Source of the DNA: a phage
DNA: 64,000 bases
Reading direction: 5' to 3' (one strand)
Sequence record: PX441839.1
In this document: positions 53,458 to 62,868 of the stretch, in pieces
Numbering within the stretch: position 1 is the stretch's first letter
How the letters are laid out: every line of letters starts with the position of its first letter
Position numbers and translations under genes: made by a program
Notes under the pieces: model-generated
What the model was told of the DNA's origin: nothing
Database searches by the model: none
The model's input: only the letters and a program-made list of their open reading frames with translations

Positions 53458-53544
53458 GCCAGGTTATACCGTAGGGGTAGCGGAGGAGACTGTAAATCTC
53501 TGGTCATTGCGACTCGGGTGGTTCGACGCCATCACCTGGCACCA
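53458..53544 (+). tRNA. tRNA-Tyr (anticodon GUA), type II
   Basis: Acceptor gccaggt/acctggc, anticodon arm ggaga-ctgtaaa-tctct, long variable arm, CCA encoded. Confidence 0.7.
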
Positions 53545-53549
53545 AATAT

Positions 53550-53639
53550 GGAGAGTTGGCAGAGCGGCTGAATGCACCTGACTTGAAATCAGGCGACCGT
53601 TAACTCGGTCCGTGGGTTCAAATCCTACGCTCTCCGCCA
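53550..53639 (+). tRNA. tRNA-Ser (anticodon UGA), type II
   Basis: Tracks E. coli tRNA-Ser: ggagagt-tg-gcagagcggctgaatgc ... cctga-cttgaaa-tcagg ... gtggg-ttcaaat-cctac ... gctctcc-g-cca. Confidence 0.85.
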
Positions 53640-53720
53640 AATATCGCCCCTTATATAAAAGAACACCTGCGCGGCTGGAAAAACCCACTCAACAGTTCTT
53701 GAAAAGGGGCAACAATTTAC

Positions 53721-53798
53721 GGATCATTAGCTACAATTGGTTAGAGCGGCTCACTGTTAATGAGACGGTTCGTGGTTCAAGTCCACGATGATCCGCCA
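53721..53798 (+). tRNA. tRNA-Asn (anticodon GUU)
   Basis: Acceptor ggatcat/atgatcc, anticodon loop ctgttaa, T-arm cgtgg-ttcaagt-ccacg, CCA encoded. Confidence 0.8.
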
Positions 53799-53805
53799 AA
53801 CAATA

Positions 53806-53950
53806 GAAGGGTAACTTAAAGGCGGGTGTCCTGCCACTGGCCTCCAAAACCAGTCGTAAGGGGTTAGATTCCTCACTCTTCTGCCAAGTCGGGGTGTGCG
53901 CCAAATAAGAGCGGGTTAGCAACTGTGTTGTAGATTAGTCTACCACCCCA
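53806..53950 (+). ncRNA. degenerate tRNA-like sequences / possible small stable RNAs within the tRNA cluster
   Basis: Hairpins actgg-cctccaaaa-ccagt and gtaga-ttag-tctac plus tRNA-like termini (agaaggg ... ctcttct-g-cca), but no canonical cloverleaf. Confidence 0.3.
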
Positions 53951-53960
53951 CACAATAAGA

Positions 53961-54036
53961 AGTCCTATAGTTTCAGCGGTTAAAATACTCGCCTGTCACG
54001 CGAGAGTCACGGGTTCGAATCCCGTTAGGACTGCCA
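53961..54036 (+). tRNA. tRNA-Asp (anticodon GUC)
   Basis: Acceptor agtccta/taggact, anticodon arm ctcgc-ctgtcac-gcgag, T-arm acggg-ttcgaat-cccgt, CCA encoded. Confidence 0.8.
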
Positions 54037-54043
54037 TTTCTGA

Positions 54044-54119
54044 TGGAGATTAGCTCAGTAGGTAGAGCAAGCGACCGATAATCGCTGGGTCACTGGTTCA
54101 AGTCCAGTATCTCCAACCA
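54044..54119 (+). tRNA. tRNA-Ile (anticodon GAU), with unusual C at position 33
   Basis: Acceptor tggagat/atctcca, D-arm gctc-agtaggta-gagc, anticodon arm agcga-ccgataa-tcgct, T-arm actgg-ttcaagt-ccagt, CCA encoded. Confidence 0.65.
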
Positions 54120-54124
54120 AATAC

Positions 54125-54201
54125 CTCCGTGTAGCTCAGTCTGGTAGAGCGATTGCTTTGGGAGCAATAGGTCCAACGTTCGAGTCGTTGTACGGAGACC
54201 A
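54125..54201 (+). tRNA. tRNA-Pro (anticodon UGG)
   Basis: Acceptor ctccgtg/tacggag, anticodon arm attgc-tttggga-gcaat, T-arm caacg-ttcgagt-cgttg, CCA encoded. Confidence 0.85.
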
Positions 54202-54204
54202 AAT

Positions 54205-54279
54205 TGGGGATTAGCCAAGCGGTAAGGCACGAGGCTTTGATCCTTGTATGCGGAGGTTCGAATCCTCCATCCCCAGCCA
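54205..54279 (+). tRNA. tRNA-Gln (anticodon UUG)
   Basis: Acceptor tggggat/atcccca, anticodon loop ctttgat, T-arm ggagg-ttcgaat-cctcc, CCA encoded. Confidence 0.8.
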
Positions 54280-54284
54280 AATAA

Positions 54285-54361
54285 GCGTCCTTAGTGTCAG
54301 TGGTCTAACACTCCATCCTTCCAAGTTGGAACCACGGGTTCGAATCCCGTAGGACGCTCCA
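54285..54361 (+). tRNA. tRNA-Gly (anticodon UCC)
   Basis: Acceptor gcgtcct/aggacgc, anticodon loop cttccaa, T-arm acggg-ttcgaat-cccgt, CCA encoded. Confidence 0.8.
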
Positions 54362-54489
54362 AAATTACACCTCCGGTGGTCAGGGAACTGGCAATCAGGA
54401 GGTTTTTCTTTATGTGTCCGTGGTGGTTCGGACTTTATCCCACCAGAATTCTTATAATAATAAAAAATATCTCCTCTCCTTCGCCTTAG

Positions 54490-54516
54490 GCCCTCCATTA
54501 CGGAGGGCTTTTTTAT
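54490..54516 (+). terminator. rho-independent terminator after the tRNA cluster
   Basis: gccctcc-attac-ggagggc followed by ttttttatt. Confidence 0.55.
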
Positions 54517-54560
54517 TGGCAGCTATAGTGGTAAAATATAGAATATTAACAGGAGGTAAT

Positions 54561-55208
54561 ATGCTTGAAATTTTAACATCCTCTGGAACAAGGCCACCAG
54601 AGGACGAGGTTCTTTTCCTTTTTGATGCAGAGATGCAAAATGAAGGAGATACCGTGATGATTGACCAAGTATCCAAGAACACCCTAGCCCAGCGCCTGGC
54701 GACTTACGCTGGACATCCGTCATATCCCAACAGGATAGTAAACCATGCGGATTACGGAATGGTATTCTCACTTGGTGGGAACTTTTACCATTGGACTTCA
54801 AACTGGTTCAAGCCCCCTGAGAATATACCACCAGGAAAGAAACTGGTGTATCAGATTGAGTTTGCCTCCCCTGTCACAGGGTATTGTTTTGGAACAGGTG
54901 GTCACTTAACAGGGAGCACATGGTGGTTAGGCTTAGAAATTAGCAAGTCAACAACATACGGTATGACCCTAATATCCAGCAGAACATCATCTTCTGGAGC
55001 TTCTACAACCATCCCAGGAGATAACCTGATGCAGGATATCCGTGTTGAGTACATAACAAACACAACTATTCTTGCAAGAAGGGAAGGTTTTTCTGGAACG
55101 GGTGGTCCTTACACTCATGATCATAACTTTTTCACGAATATCTATATTTTTGGTGGACCACGGGATGCATCCGGTATGGGACAGCCAGAACTTTATACGG
55201 AAACCTGA
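54561..55208 (+). CDS. hypothetical protein (215 aa)
   Basis: ATG at 54561 after AGGAGG RBS; Gly/Ser/Thr-rich, no recognisable motif. Confidence 0.5.
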   Translation: MLEILTSSGTRPPEDEVLFLFDAEMQNEGDTVMIDQVSKNTLAQRLATYAGHPSYPNRIVNHADYGMVFSLGGNFYHWTSNWFKPPENIPPGKKLVYQIEFASPVTGYCFGTGGHLTGSTWWLGLEISKSTTYGMTLISSRTSSSGASTTIPGDNLMQDIRVEYITNTTILARREGFSGTGGPYTHDHNFFTNIYIFGGPRDASGMGQPELYTET

Positions 55209-55239
55209 AAAGAGTTAAAGTTTCTTTGGAGAAAAGATA

Positions 55240-55608
55240 ATGAATTACCTTTTAAAGTACAAGAAGTATATTTTCGGGGCAACATTGGCTATTTTGATAA
55301 TTCTGTCTGCGAATATGTACATCAGTTCGGTAGATAAGAAGGCCCACGCTAGAGGTTTTGAAGAGGCAAACTCTGCATGGATGGTCAAAGGAAGGCAATA
55401 CGTTGATCTCTTGGACCAGTCGTACAAAGAAAATAGAGAACTGAATTACGAATTGAACAAGGCAACCAGGCAGGATGCTAAGAAGGACCAAGATAGAAGG
55501 TCTAAGACTGCCGCCGCTCAAGTTGACCTTGCAAGAGATCCTTCTGCTAATTCCAAAACCGTCAGTGACAAGTTTGTAGATCTCTATAACGTATCTTTGG
55601 GGGAATAA
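55240..55608 (+). CDS. putative i-spanin (Rz-like inner-membrane spanin)
   Basis: N-terminal transmembrane helix then charged periplasmic domain; immediately upstream of a lipoprotein gene with overlapping start. Confidence 0.5.
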   Translation: MNYLLKYKKYIFGATLAILIILSANMYISSVDKKAHARGFEEANSAWMVKGRQYVDLLDQSYKENRELNYELNKATRQDAKKDQDRRSKTAAAQVDLARDPSANSKTVSDKFVDLYNVSLGE

Positions 55609-55928
55609 TGAAGAAGAGATTCTTAGGGGTTATCCTTGCCTCGGTAATCATAATGGGTTGCTCAAATAATAAAGAGATTCCAGATGTTCAGTTGGCAGAA
55701 ATTACAACCGAGAAATTGATAGACAAGCCCAATCCAGAGTTAATGGAGGATTTACCTCAGAAGACAAAACTGGAAAGAGGTATGAGTGAAGGAGAGGTTG
55801 GGGAAATTATCAGCAACAATAACCTTCGTGCAGGGACCATAGAATGGAAATATGAAGCACTCCAGCAGTATGTCTGCAACATATTTAAAGAACCTGTCGG
55901 AGAGGTTTGTACAAAAGGAGATAATTAA
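55608..55928 (+). CDS. putative o-spanin (Rz1-like outer-membrane lipoprotein)
   Basis: Signal peptide with lipobox IMGC. Confidence 0.5.
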   Translation: MKKRFLGVILASVIIMGCSNNKEIPDVQLAEITTEKLIDKPNPELMEDLPQKTKLERGMSEGEVGEIISNNNLRAGTIEWKYEALQQYVCNIFKEPVGEVCTKGDN

Positions 55929-56452
55929 TGCTTGAGATGATGATTGCAAAAGGGGGTGAAAAATCATCAGGTTCTCCTATGGACTATGCTCAGTTTTTAA
56001 ATTGGTTGCAGAATAACAATATAAGGGCTGTTACAGCAAGAAGATCCTCAGAGGAGAGAGTTCTCCCTATACAGGAAGCCCTTGAATTCACATACTCAGC
56101 AGGTACATTCATAGAGAGCGGAACCATGTGGGGAAGCCCCTACTCCACTAGGGTGACGTATGACTCAATGTGGCAGTATGTGGCGCGACACTGTTTTCCA
56201 AACTTATCTTTATATGAAAGAGAGCGGCAGGTAAACAGGCTGGTTCTTCTTAAGAAAACAGCCACGGTCAATTATCCAGACTATATATCGGTAAACCGGA
56301 ACGGTTTTCAGAGTGCCAGTTATGGCAATTACCTTGGATTTTTCGTTACACATTTTGTTTATTATGATGAATCGTCTAAACTGATGAGGGTAGTAAAACC
56401 ATCTCAAGGTTATATTGGGAGTGGTGCCCTTTTTACAGGCGAGTTCGACTAA
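55928..56452 (+). CDS. hypothetical protein (174 aa)
   Basis: Six-frame ORF; a terminase small subunit by position is possible but unsupported by motifs. Confidence 0.45.
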   Translation: MLEMMIAKGGEKSSGSPMDYAQFLNWLQNNNIRAVTARRSSEERVLPIQEALEFTYSAGTFIESGTMWGSPYSTRVTYDSMWQYVARHCFPNLSLYERERQVNRLVLLKKTATVNYPDYISVNRNGFQSASYGNYLGFFVTHFVYYDESSKLMRVVKPSQGYIGSGALFTGEFD

Positions 56453-56559
56453 CCATGTTCAAAGCCCCTTGCAGAGATGCTTGGGGCTTTATTTTTGTAC
56501 CCGATTGTGGTAATATACCTATTATTAACATCAAGTCAAGTAATTTTTAGGGGAACCCT

Positions 56560-58044
56560 ATGTCAGCTACTTTCGCACCTGCGAGCCGTAAGCAGCAAAT
56601 GGTTCTCGAATCTCAGGCACAGATCATGGTCATTGGTGGCGCAGCAGGTTCAGGTAAATCATACCTGCTCCAGCTTATGCCTCTCTTGATCGTAGACGAC
56701 CCCAGAACAGCATGTATCATGTTCCGTCGAACTGTCCCGCAGATTCGAGGACAAGGTGGTCTATTTGATAAGGCGAAGGATATTTACAATCAACTTCCTC
56801 CGCAAATCAAGCCAAAATTTAAAGAGAATGAGATGACTGCCACATTCCCTAACGGAGCTACCGTTAAGTGGCAATCCATGCAGCACGTTTCCGACAAATT
56901 CAACATTCAGGGTCTTGAATTTACATTTATAGGTGTAGATGAAGGAACCCAATTCGAATGGGAACAGTTGGAATACATGATGTCTCGTTTACGTTCCAAC
57001 TCGAAATACCCTTCTCGTATGGTTATTTCTTGTAACCCCGATCCTGACCACCATCTTCGTCAGATGGTTGATTGGTATCTTGATGAAGATGGCTATCCTA
57101 TTCCAGAACGAGATGGTGTTCTACGGTATTTTGTCCGTGTAGAAGATAACTACATGTGGGGTGATTCGGTCGAAGAACTGAAAGCCAGATTTGGAAGAAG
57201 ATGTAGACCTGTATCATTTACATTTATATCTTCCACGATCAAAGACAACCCACCGATGATGATCAACAACCCTGAGTATTTGGCACAGTTGGAAGGTCTT
57301 AATGACGTTGACCGTGCTAGACTTCTTCACGGCAACTGGGATGCTCGTCCAGAAGGTGCAAACTACTTTAAGAGATCTTATCTGACAGAGGTTGATGTTC
57401 TACCTATAGGATGTACAAAGGTTAGGTCTTACGATAAGGCGGGTACTGAAAGATCTACGGGTAATAAAACACCTGACTTTACAGCAGGTATTGGTGTAGC
57501 TCGTGATCAGGATGGTTTTTACTACCTTTACGGTAACTACCATGATGAGTTTATAGATGATGGTGAGTGGTCAACGATGACTATGGGCCGATTCTGTAAA
57601 AAGGTTGGAAAAAGAGACACTATCATTAAGAAACAGGCTCATATGGATGGAGATGACACGATCATTATCTTCTCCGTTGACCCTGGACAAGCAGGTTTGT
57701 CAGAATTCATGACTTCTTCAAGAGATCTTATCTCTGAGGGATTCATTGTAGAGAAAGACCCTACACCGGGCAACAAGTCAAAATTGACTCGTTTCTCACC
57801 ATTCGCCCAGCTTGCAGAGAACGGATTTGTAAGGATCGTCAAGAAGTCTTTTCCTATTGACACTTACAATGCCCTAATGAAAGAGTTGGAGCAATTTGAC
57901 GGACAGCGTTCATCCGGTACAAAAAAGGATGACTGGGCAGATGCCGTAGCCTCTGGGATAAACTACCTAGAAAAGCACGACATTGTCAGAGCCGTTGCAA
58001 TCCCCCGTCCTAATGCACCAACCATGTATTCGAGACGAAGATAA
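56560..58044 (+). CDS. terminase large subunit
   Basis: 494 aa; Walker A VIGGAAGSGKS near the N-terminus; position ahead of portal and capsid genes. Confidence 0.75.
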   Translation: MSATFAPASRKQQMVLESQAQIMVIGGAAGSGKSYLLQLMPLLIVDDPRTACIMFRRTVPQIRGQGGLFDKAKDIYNQLPPQIKPKFKENEMTATFPNGATVKWQSMQHVSDKFNIQGLEFTFIGVDEGTQFEWEQLEYMMSRLRSNSKYPSRMVISCNPDPDHHLRQMVDWYLDEDGYPIPERDGVLRYFVRVEDNYMWGDSVEELKARFGRRCRPVSFTFISSTIKDNPPMMINNPEYLAQLEGLNDVDRARLLHGNWDARPEGANYFKRSYLTEVDVLPIGCTKVRSYDKAGTERSTGNKTPDFTAGIGVARDQDGFYYLYGNYHDEFIDDGEWSTMTMGRFCKKVGKRDTIIKKQAHMDGDDTIIIFSVDPGQAGLSEFMTSSRDLISEGFIVEKDPTPGNKSKLTRFSPFAQLAENGFVRIVKKSFPIDTYNALMKELEQFDGQRSSGTKKDDWADAVASGINYLEKHDIVRAVAIPRPNAPTMYSRRR

Positions 58045-58059
58045 CACTTAGGAGAGGCT

Positions 58060-59571
58060 GTGTCAAGACGCAACAAAGCAAATGTAGTTAAGGCTACAAG
58101 TGAGCAAATGGCAGTTTCACGCATGAGAATGAGTGAAATGGGTACAATTGCCATGTCAAAAATTCAGATTGACTCTGAACGAATGAAAGCCGAAGAGGTG
58201 CGTTGGCCCCAGCTTATCGGTACTGTAGAATCTATGAAACAAGATGCTACTGTGGCGACGGGTCTTGACGCCCTCTACATGTTCGTAGAAAAAGCTTTTA
58301 AGGAACACAAGGTAATTCCTGGCGAGTCCGAAGAAGCAAAAGAGGCCGCGAAGTTTATTGATTACCTCCTTAAAAACATGGACGGTCAAACACTTCGTCA
58401 GTTTGCAAGGGATGCAGCCACATTCAGCGAATATGGGTTCTCTGTTTTTGAAAAGGTGTATACCCCAGTAAAAACTGGAAAGTATGCAGGAAGATTTAAA
58501 ATCAAGAAACTCGCTTTCCGACCACAAGCTTCTCTTAACAAGAGCAACCCGTTTGTTTATGGGGAGGATGGTCAGGAAGTTATTGGGGTTAAACAATCCC
58601 TAAGTGCATTCCAAAACTATACCAAAGCAGATTTCGGTATTGCCACTGAAATTAGTCGTGCAGGTGACGTAACCATTCCAGCAAACAAGCTAATGATTAT
58701 GACCACCGGAGGTACGGCCTCAGCAGCTATGGGTGTTTCACCACTGGTAGGCTGTTATCGAGCATGGCGAGAGAAGATTCTTATTGAGAACCTTGAAGTT
58801 GTAGGGGCCACTAAGGACATGGGTGGGGTAATAGAGTTAAAGATTCCTTCCCAAATCCTCAACAAGGCAGCTATAGACCCAACATCAGCAGAAGCTGAAA
58901 TGGTTAAGGGTTTGATGGAAGACGCAGCCAATGCCCACTCTGGGGAGCAATCTTTCTTCATGTTACCATCAGACATGAAGGACAACGCCCCTCAGTATAG
59001 CATGACCCTAAAGGGGATTGATGGTGTTGGTAAGCAGTATAGCACCCAAGACCTGATCAATGCACGTAAGAAATCCATACTGGATAGATTGGGTGCAGGG
59101 TTCCTTAACGTAGGTAATGATGAACAAGGTTCTTATAACCTGTCTGAATCAAAGCAGACTATTCATACTCAATATGTTCAACGAGTAAATGACATCATCC
59201 TTGAATGTATCAATGAAAACCTTATCCCTCAGGTACTGGCACTTAACGGAATAAGACTTTCCGAAGAAGATATGCCTAAAGTCAAGGCTGGCCTAATTGT
59301 AGATATCGATATGGAAGGCTTTTCAAAAGCTATCCAACGTATTGGCGCTGTAGGTTATTTGCCTAAGACACCTGAGGTAATTAACAAGGTTCTTGAGGTT
59401 CTGGGGATCGATATGGAAATTGACCAAAACATCTCGCAGGAAGAATTGATGAGTATGTTGGGTCAAGATATTAGCAGATCTGGTGACGGAATGACTCCAG
59501 GTTCTTCTGGTAACGGGACATCAAAAGTTTCGGGAGTGAGAGACAATTCTACAGCTAACTTGGATAATTAA
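58060..59571 (+). CDS. putative portal protein
   Basis: 503 aa ORF directly after the terminase; called by size and position only. Confidence 0.5.
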   Translation: MSRRNKANVVKATSEQMAVSRMRMSEMGTIAMSKIQIDSERMKAEEVRWPQLIGTVESMKQDATVATGLDALYMFVEKAFKEHKVIPGESEEAKEAAKFIDYLLKNMDGQTLRQFARDAATFSEYGFSVFEKVYTPVKTGKYAGRFKIKKLAFRPQASLNKSNPFVYGEDGQEVIGVKQSLSAFQNYTKADFGIATEISRAGDVTIPANKLMIMTTGGTASAAMGVSPLVGCYRAWREKILIENLEVVGATKDMGGVIELKIPSQILNKAAIDPTSAEAEMVKGLMEDAANAHSGEQSFFMLPSDMKDNAPQYSMTLKGIDGVGKQYSTQDLINARKKSILDRLGAGFLNVGNDEQGSYNLSESKQTIHTQYVQRVNDIILECINENLIPQVLALNGIRLSEEDMPKVKAGLIVDIDMEGFSKAIQRIGAVGYLPKTPEVINKVLEVLGIDMEIDQNISQEELMSMLGQDISRSGDGMTPGSSGNGTSKVSGVRDNSTANLDN

Positions 59572-59593
59572 TCCATAAGCTGAAATTGACTAC

Positions 59594-60217
59594 TTGCAAA
59601 ACGAAATGAAGGGTGTTAAAATAAATATCACGGAGCAATTGATGGAAACCATTTATTTTTCTGACCTGCCTAAACAGTCATCTCTGACTCTTATTCAAAA
59701 GAGTCGGGCTGTTAAGAAGGCCAACGAGCTTTTAGCAAAAGGATCTTCTAAAGAGGATGCAATTGCTGGAGCCGTTGGCTCCATCCAAATTCATAAATCT
59801 GCTGAACCAGTAGAGCAAATGATTTCTTACGATATCATTTATGAACCGGATGTAAGGGATGCCCACAATCAGTGGATGTCCAAAGAAACGCTTGTTAAAG
59901 CACAAGCTGATTTTAAAAAGGCACAGGAGATAGGGGCAGTTACCGAAAACCTGTATCACCTTTTTGACACAGATTCTTTCAAGATCGTTGATCACTGGAT
60001 TCAACCAGAGTTCGATGTCACAGTTTCCGAGACAGGCGAAGTAATTAAGGCTGGCTCTTGGGTAGCGAAGGTCCAGTATTCTCCAGAAGTATGGGAATTG
60101 AAGAAAGCCGGAATCGTAGGCGGTCTGTCGTTACAGTGCGGCGGTATGTTGAACGAAGAAACTGGTGAACTTTACGACCTTGATTTCAGCATTTCACTGG
60201 AGGATGAAGAGGAATGA
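59594..60217 (+). CDS. putative head morphogenesis protein (207 aa)
   Basis: Position between portal and scaffold-like genes; acidic C-terminus. Confidence 0.4.
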   Translation: MQNEMKGVKINITEQLMETIYFSDLPKQSSLTLIQKSRAVKKANELLAKGSSKEDAIAGAVGSIQIHKSAEPVEQMISYDIIYEPDVRDAHNQWMSKETLVKAQADFKKAQEIGAVTENLYHLFDTDSFKIVDHWIQPEFDVTVSETGEVIKAGSWVAKVQYSPEVWELKKAGIVGGLSLQCGGMLNEETGELYDLDFSISLEDEEE

Positions 60218-61281
60218 TCGAAGTCCAAAAAGGCCGCACAGTAAAGAGTCGCGGTATTGCACTTACTCATAAAGATCAGGGCTACAGCGCCAACCAGCGA
60301 CCAGTTAGCCTCCTGATGAAGTCAGATATTGATCCTGAAAATCTGACAGTGGATATTATTAAGAACCTAGAGCAGGTTCAGTTGAAGATCAGTATGCAGG
60401 AATTTCTGCGTAAATTCTTCGATATGTGGTCAAGTGACGCAGAGATGCTCACTAAGCTGCTAGGATTCCAGACAGAACTGGAATATGAGGCGGAAACCAA
60501 CCCCACCGACGAGTGGTTGCAGCAATGGAACGAGGAACGTCAGGAGTACCTCGAAAGCAAGCTTACCTCCATGACCATTATCAAGAAAGCTCGGGATGGT
60601 GAAGAATTAACTCTCCAAGAGCAATTTGAACTGATCAAAACTCGCAAAGCATTTGAAGATGGTTGTATTGAGCACGGTATTCAACTGAGTGAAGAAAAAC
60701 CATCCGTACAGAAAGCCGTAGAGAAATCTTCTGAGAAGCCAGCAACTACAGTAGCTACTCCTCCAGTAGAAGTTTCTACACCTGCCGAAAGCTCCGTTGG
60801 AGCACAACCCACACCAAGCGAGGAACCTCCCGTGGAGAAAGAAGTAGACGTAACCAAGTCTGCTGCGTTTATTGAAATGCAGAAGCAACTTGAAGCAATG
60901 AAAGCCGATGTAGCTGCCGCACAAGAGATCATTAAAGCTAAGAAAGCTGCTGATCGTCAGGTTGCTGTAACAAAAGCTGCTGGAATGACCTTCGTTGCTG
61001 ATGAACAACGTGAAGCTGTTGCTGACGTTATCTTGAATCCTGAAATGGCTACCCTGGTTGCTGTTCTGGAAAAAGCTGCCGAAGTAATTAAAGCTAAAGA
61101 TGAAGCTCTGGCTGCTAAAGATGCCGAAGTTGAAGAAATTAAAAAGTCTTTCGCTGATGGCAAAGAAGTTGGTGCTCAGGGCGACCTGACCCCAGAAGCA
61201 AAAGGTGAAGAAGATGCTCAGGCCGCTCTGGACCGCATCATCAAAGCTCGCGCTGCTGCACTCGCAAACCCTACTGCCTAA
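60214..61281 (+). CDS. putative scaffolding protein
   Basis: 355 aa, Ala/Glu/Lys-rich helical C-terminal half; sits before the capsid genes. Confidence 0.45.
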   Translation: MIEVQKGRTVKSRGIALTHKDQGYSANQRPVSLLMKSDIDPENLTVDIIKNLEQVQLKISMQEFLRKFFDMWSSDAEMLTKLLGFQTELEYEAETNPTDEWLQQWNEERQEYLESKLTSMTIIKKARDGEELTLQEQFELIKTRKAFEDGCIEHGIQLSEEKPSVQKAVEKSSEKPATTVATPPVEVSTPAESSVGAQPTPSEEPPVEKEVDVTKSAAFIEMQKQLEAMKADVAAAQEIIKAKKAADRQVAVTKAAGMTFVADEQREAVADVILNPEMATLVAVLEKAAEVIKAKDEALAAKDAEVEEIKKSFADGKEVGAQGDLTPEAKGEEDAQAALDRIIKARAAALANPTA

Positions 61282-61297
61282 TTGAGGACTAAACAAA

Positions 61298-61732
61298 ATG
61301 GCTAAAGCATACGTTGCCACCCTTGAGGGTGATTACTCTGATATCGTTCTGGGCCGTGTTGTTGCCTTTGGTGACACTGGTTGGAACTTCAAAGAAGTTG
61401 AGATGGCTTGGAGCGACACCCTGGTAGCAGGTCTGGTTGTTAAAGCTGATGGTACACCTCTGGCTACTGCCGCTGACGCTGCTGACGCTTACGGCGTTCT
61501 GGTTGACCGTAAAGTTCTGCCTGGTGTTGAGCAGTTCAGCAACGGCGCACTGGCTGATGGTGAGAAAGTTCCTATGGTACTGGCTGTACGTGGCCTGACC
61601 CTGAACTTCCACAAGCTGGTAACAGCAGATGGTGTTGCTATTAATGATGCAGTTGCAGCGCAACTGGAAAAGAATGGCAACCAAGTAACCAAATATGTAG
61701 TCGGCACTGACTTCCTGCCGTCAATTCTGTAA
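61298..61732 (+). CDS. putative head decoration / capsid accessory protein (144 aa)
   Basis: Strong AGGA RBS, host-optimal codon usage, directly upstream of the major capsid gene. Confidence 0.4.
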   Translation: MAKAYVATLEGDYSDIVLGRVVAFGDTGWNFKEVEMAWSDTLVAGLVVKADGTPLATAADAADAYGVLVDRKVLPGVEQFSNGALADGEKVPMVLAVRGLTLNFHKLVTADGVAINDAVAAQLEKNGNQVTKYVVGTDFLPSIL

Positions 61733-61755
61733 TTTTTAGTAGGAGATATTTTAAC

Positions 61756-62748
61756 ATGCGTAACGGCGATTTTCAGATCCTTGACTACTCTGGCCTGATC
61801 ACCACGATTCCTCGTCAGGACCGTCTGATCACTAACATGAACCTGTTTACCGAGAAATTCGGTCGTACCACCATTGCTCAGATTGAGCGTGTTGATGATG
61901 GTGCAGGTCGCATCGAAGCCCGTCAGCGTGGCGGTCAGCGTAACCACCTGGCAAGCGAACGTGCTAAACTGATCAACCTGAACATTCCATTCTTCCCTCT
62001 GGACCGTTCAATTGATCGTGCAGATATCCAGAACTTCCGTGAGTACGGTAGCGAAAATGCACCGAAATCTGTACAGGAAGAAGTTAACCGTCACATGCTG
62101 CGTATCCGCAGATCTCACGCCAACCTGAAAGAGAAGGCGATGTTTGAAGCGGTCAAGGGTCAGTCCTGGGCACCGGGTGATGCAACATCTCAGTATGACT
62201 ACTACGATGTTTGGGGTGTTACCCAGCAGCGAGCAGATATTGACTTTACCGCACTGGCAATCGACCCGATTGAAGTTCTGGAAGCAGAAGCTCGTGCCCA
62301 CATCATCGATTGGGCTGGAGATGACGGTGATAACTACGAGATCGTTGTTCTGGCTTCTCGTCAGTGGTTCTCTGCTCTGACCTCTCACCCGCAGGTAACT
62401 GGTGCATACTCTCAGTATCCATCAACTCAGGAAATGCTGCGTCGTCGTCTGGGTGGTAACTCAAACAACCGTATCTTTGAACACAAAAACATCCTGTTCA
62501 TCGAAGACATTTCTGGTAACATTCCAGCAGGTGAAGCATATATCTTCCCTCGTGGTATTACCCGTATGTTCGAACTGTACTACGCTCCGTCAGATACTCT
62601 GGCAGGTGCTAACCAGGTAGCTCAGGAAATCTACGTGTGGTTCAAAGAATCTGCTTACCTGCGTGAAGCTAAGATTGAATCTGAAACTTCCTTCCTGGCA
62701 GTTAACAACCGTCCAGAACTGGTAGTTAAGTCAGTCGGAACTTTCTAA
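61756..62748 (+). CDS. putative major capsid protein
   Basis: 330 aa, strong AGGAG RBS, highly biased codon usage, followed by a strong terminator. Confidence 0.55.
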   Translation: MRNGDFQILDYSGLITTIPRQDRLITNMNLFTEKFGRTTIAQIERVDDGAGRIEARQRGGQRNHLASERAKLINLNIPFFPLDRSIDRADIQNFREYGSENAPKSVQEEVNRHMLRIRRSHANLKEKAMFEAVKGQSWAPGDATSQYDYYDVWGVTQQRADIDFTALAIDPIEVLEAEARAHIIDWAGDDGDNYEIVVLASRQWFSALTSHPQVTGAYSQYPSTQEMLRRRLGGNSNNRIFEHKNILFIEDISGNIPAGEAYIFPRGITRMFELYYAPSDTLAGANQVAQEIYVWFKESAYLREAKIESETSFLAVNNRPELVVKSVGTF

Positions 62749-62754
62749 TAAACA

Positions 62755-62778
62755 GGCCACCTTCGGGTGGCCTTTTTT
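62755..62778 (+). terminator. strong rho-independent terminator after the capsid gene
   Basis: ggccaccttcgggtggcc followed by tttttt. Confidence 0.65.
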
Positions 62779-62868
62779 ATGCCTTAAATACAATACTGTA
62801 CAATCAAAGCGAAATAGTGTACCATTATAAGATAACCTTTCTAAAAACCCCCGAAGGAGTATTCTATA

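Noticed and set aside
53464-54498. Minus-strand ORFs 53464..53688, 53731..53922, 54098..54280 and 54211..54498
   Set aside because: They are reverse-strand translations of tRNA genes; the recurring GFEP / GLEP peptides come from reverse-complemented T-arms.
60607-61320. 237-aa minus-strand ORF antisense to the scaffold-like gene
   Set aside because: It is a low-complexity frame produced by the GCT/GAA-rich sense gene, in a region where all real genes are on the plus strand.
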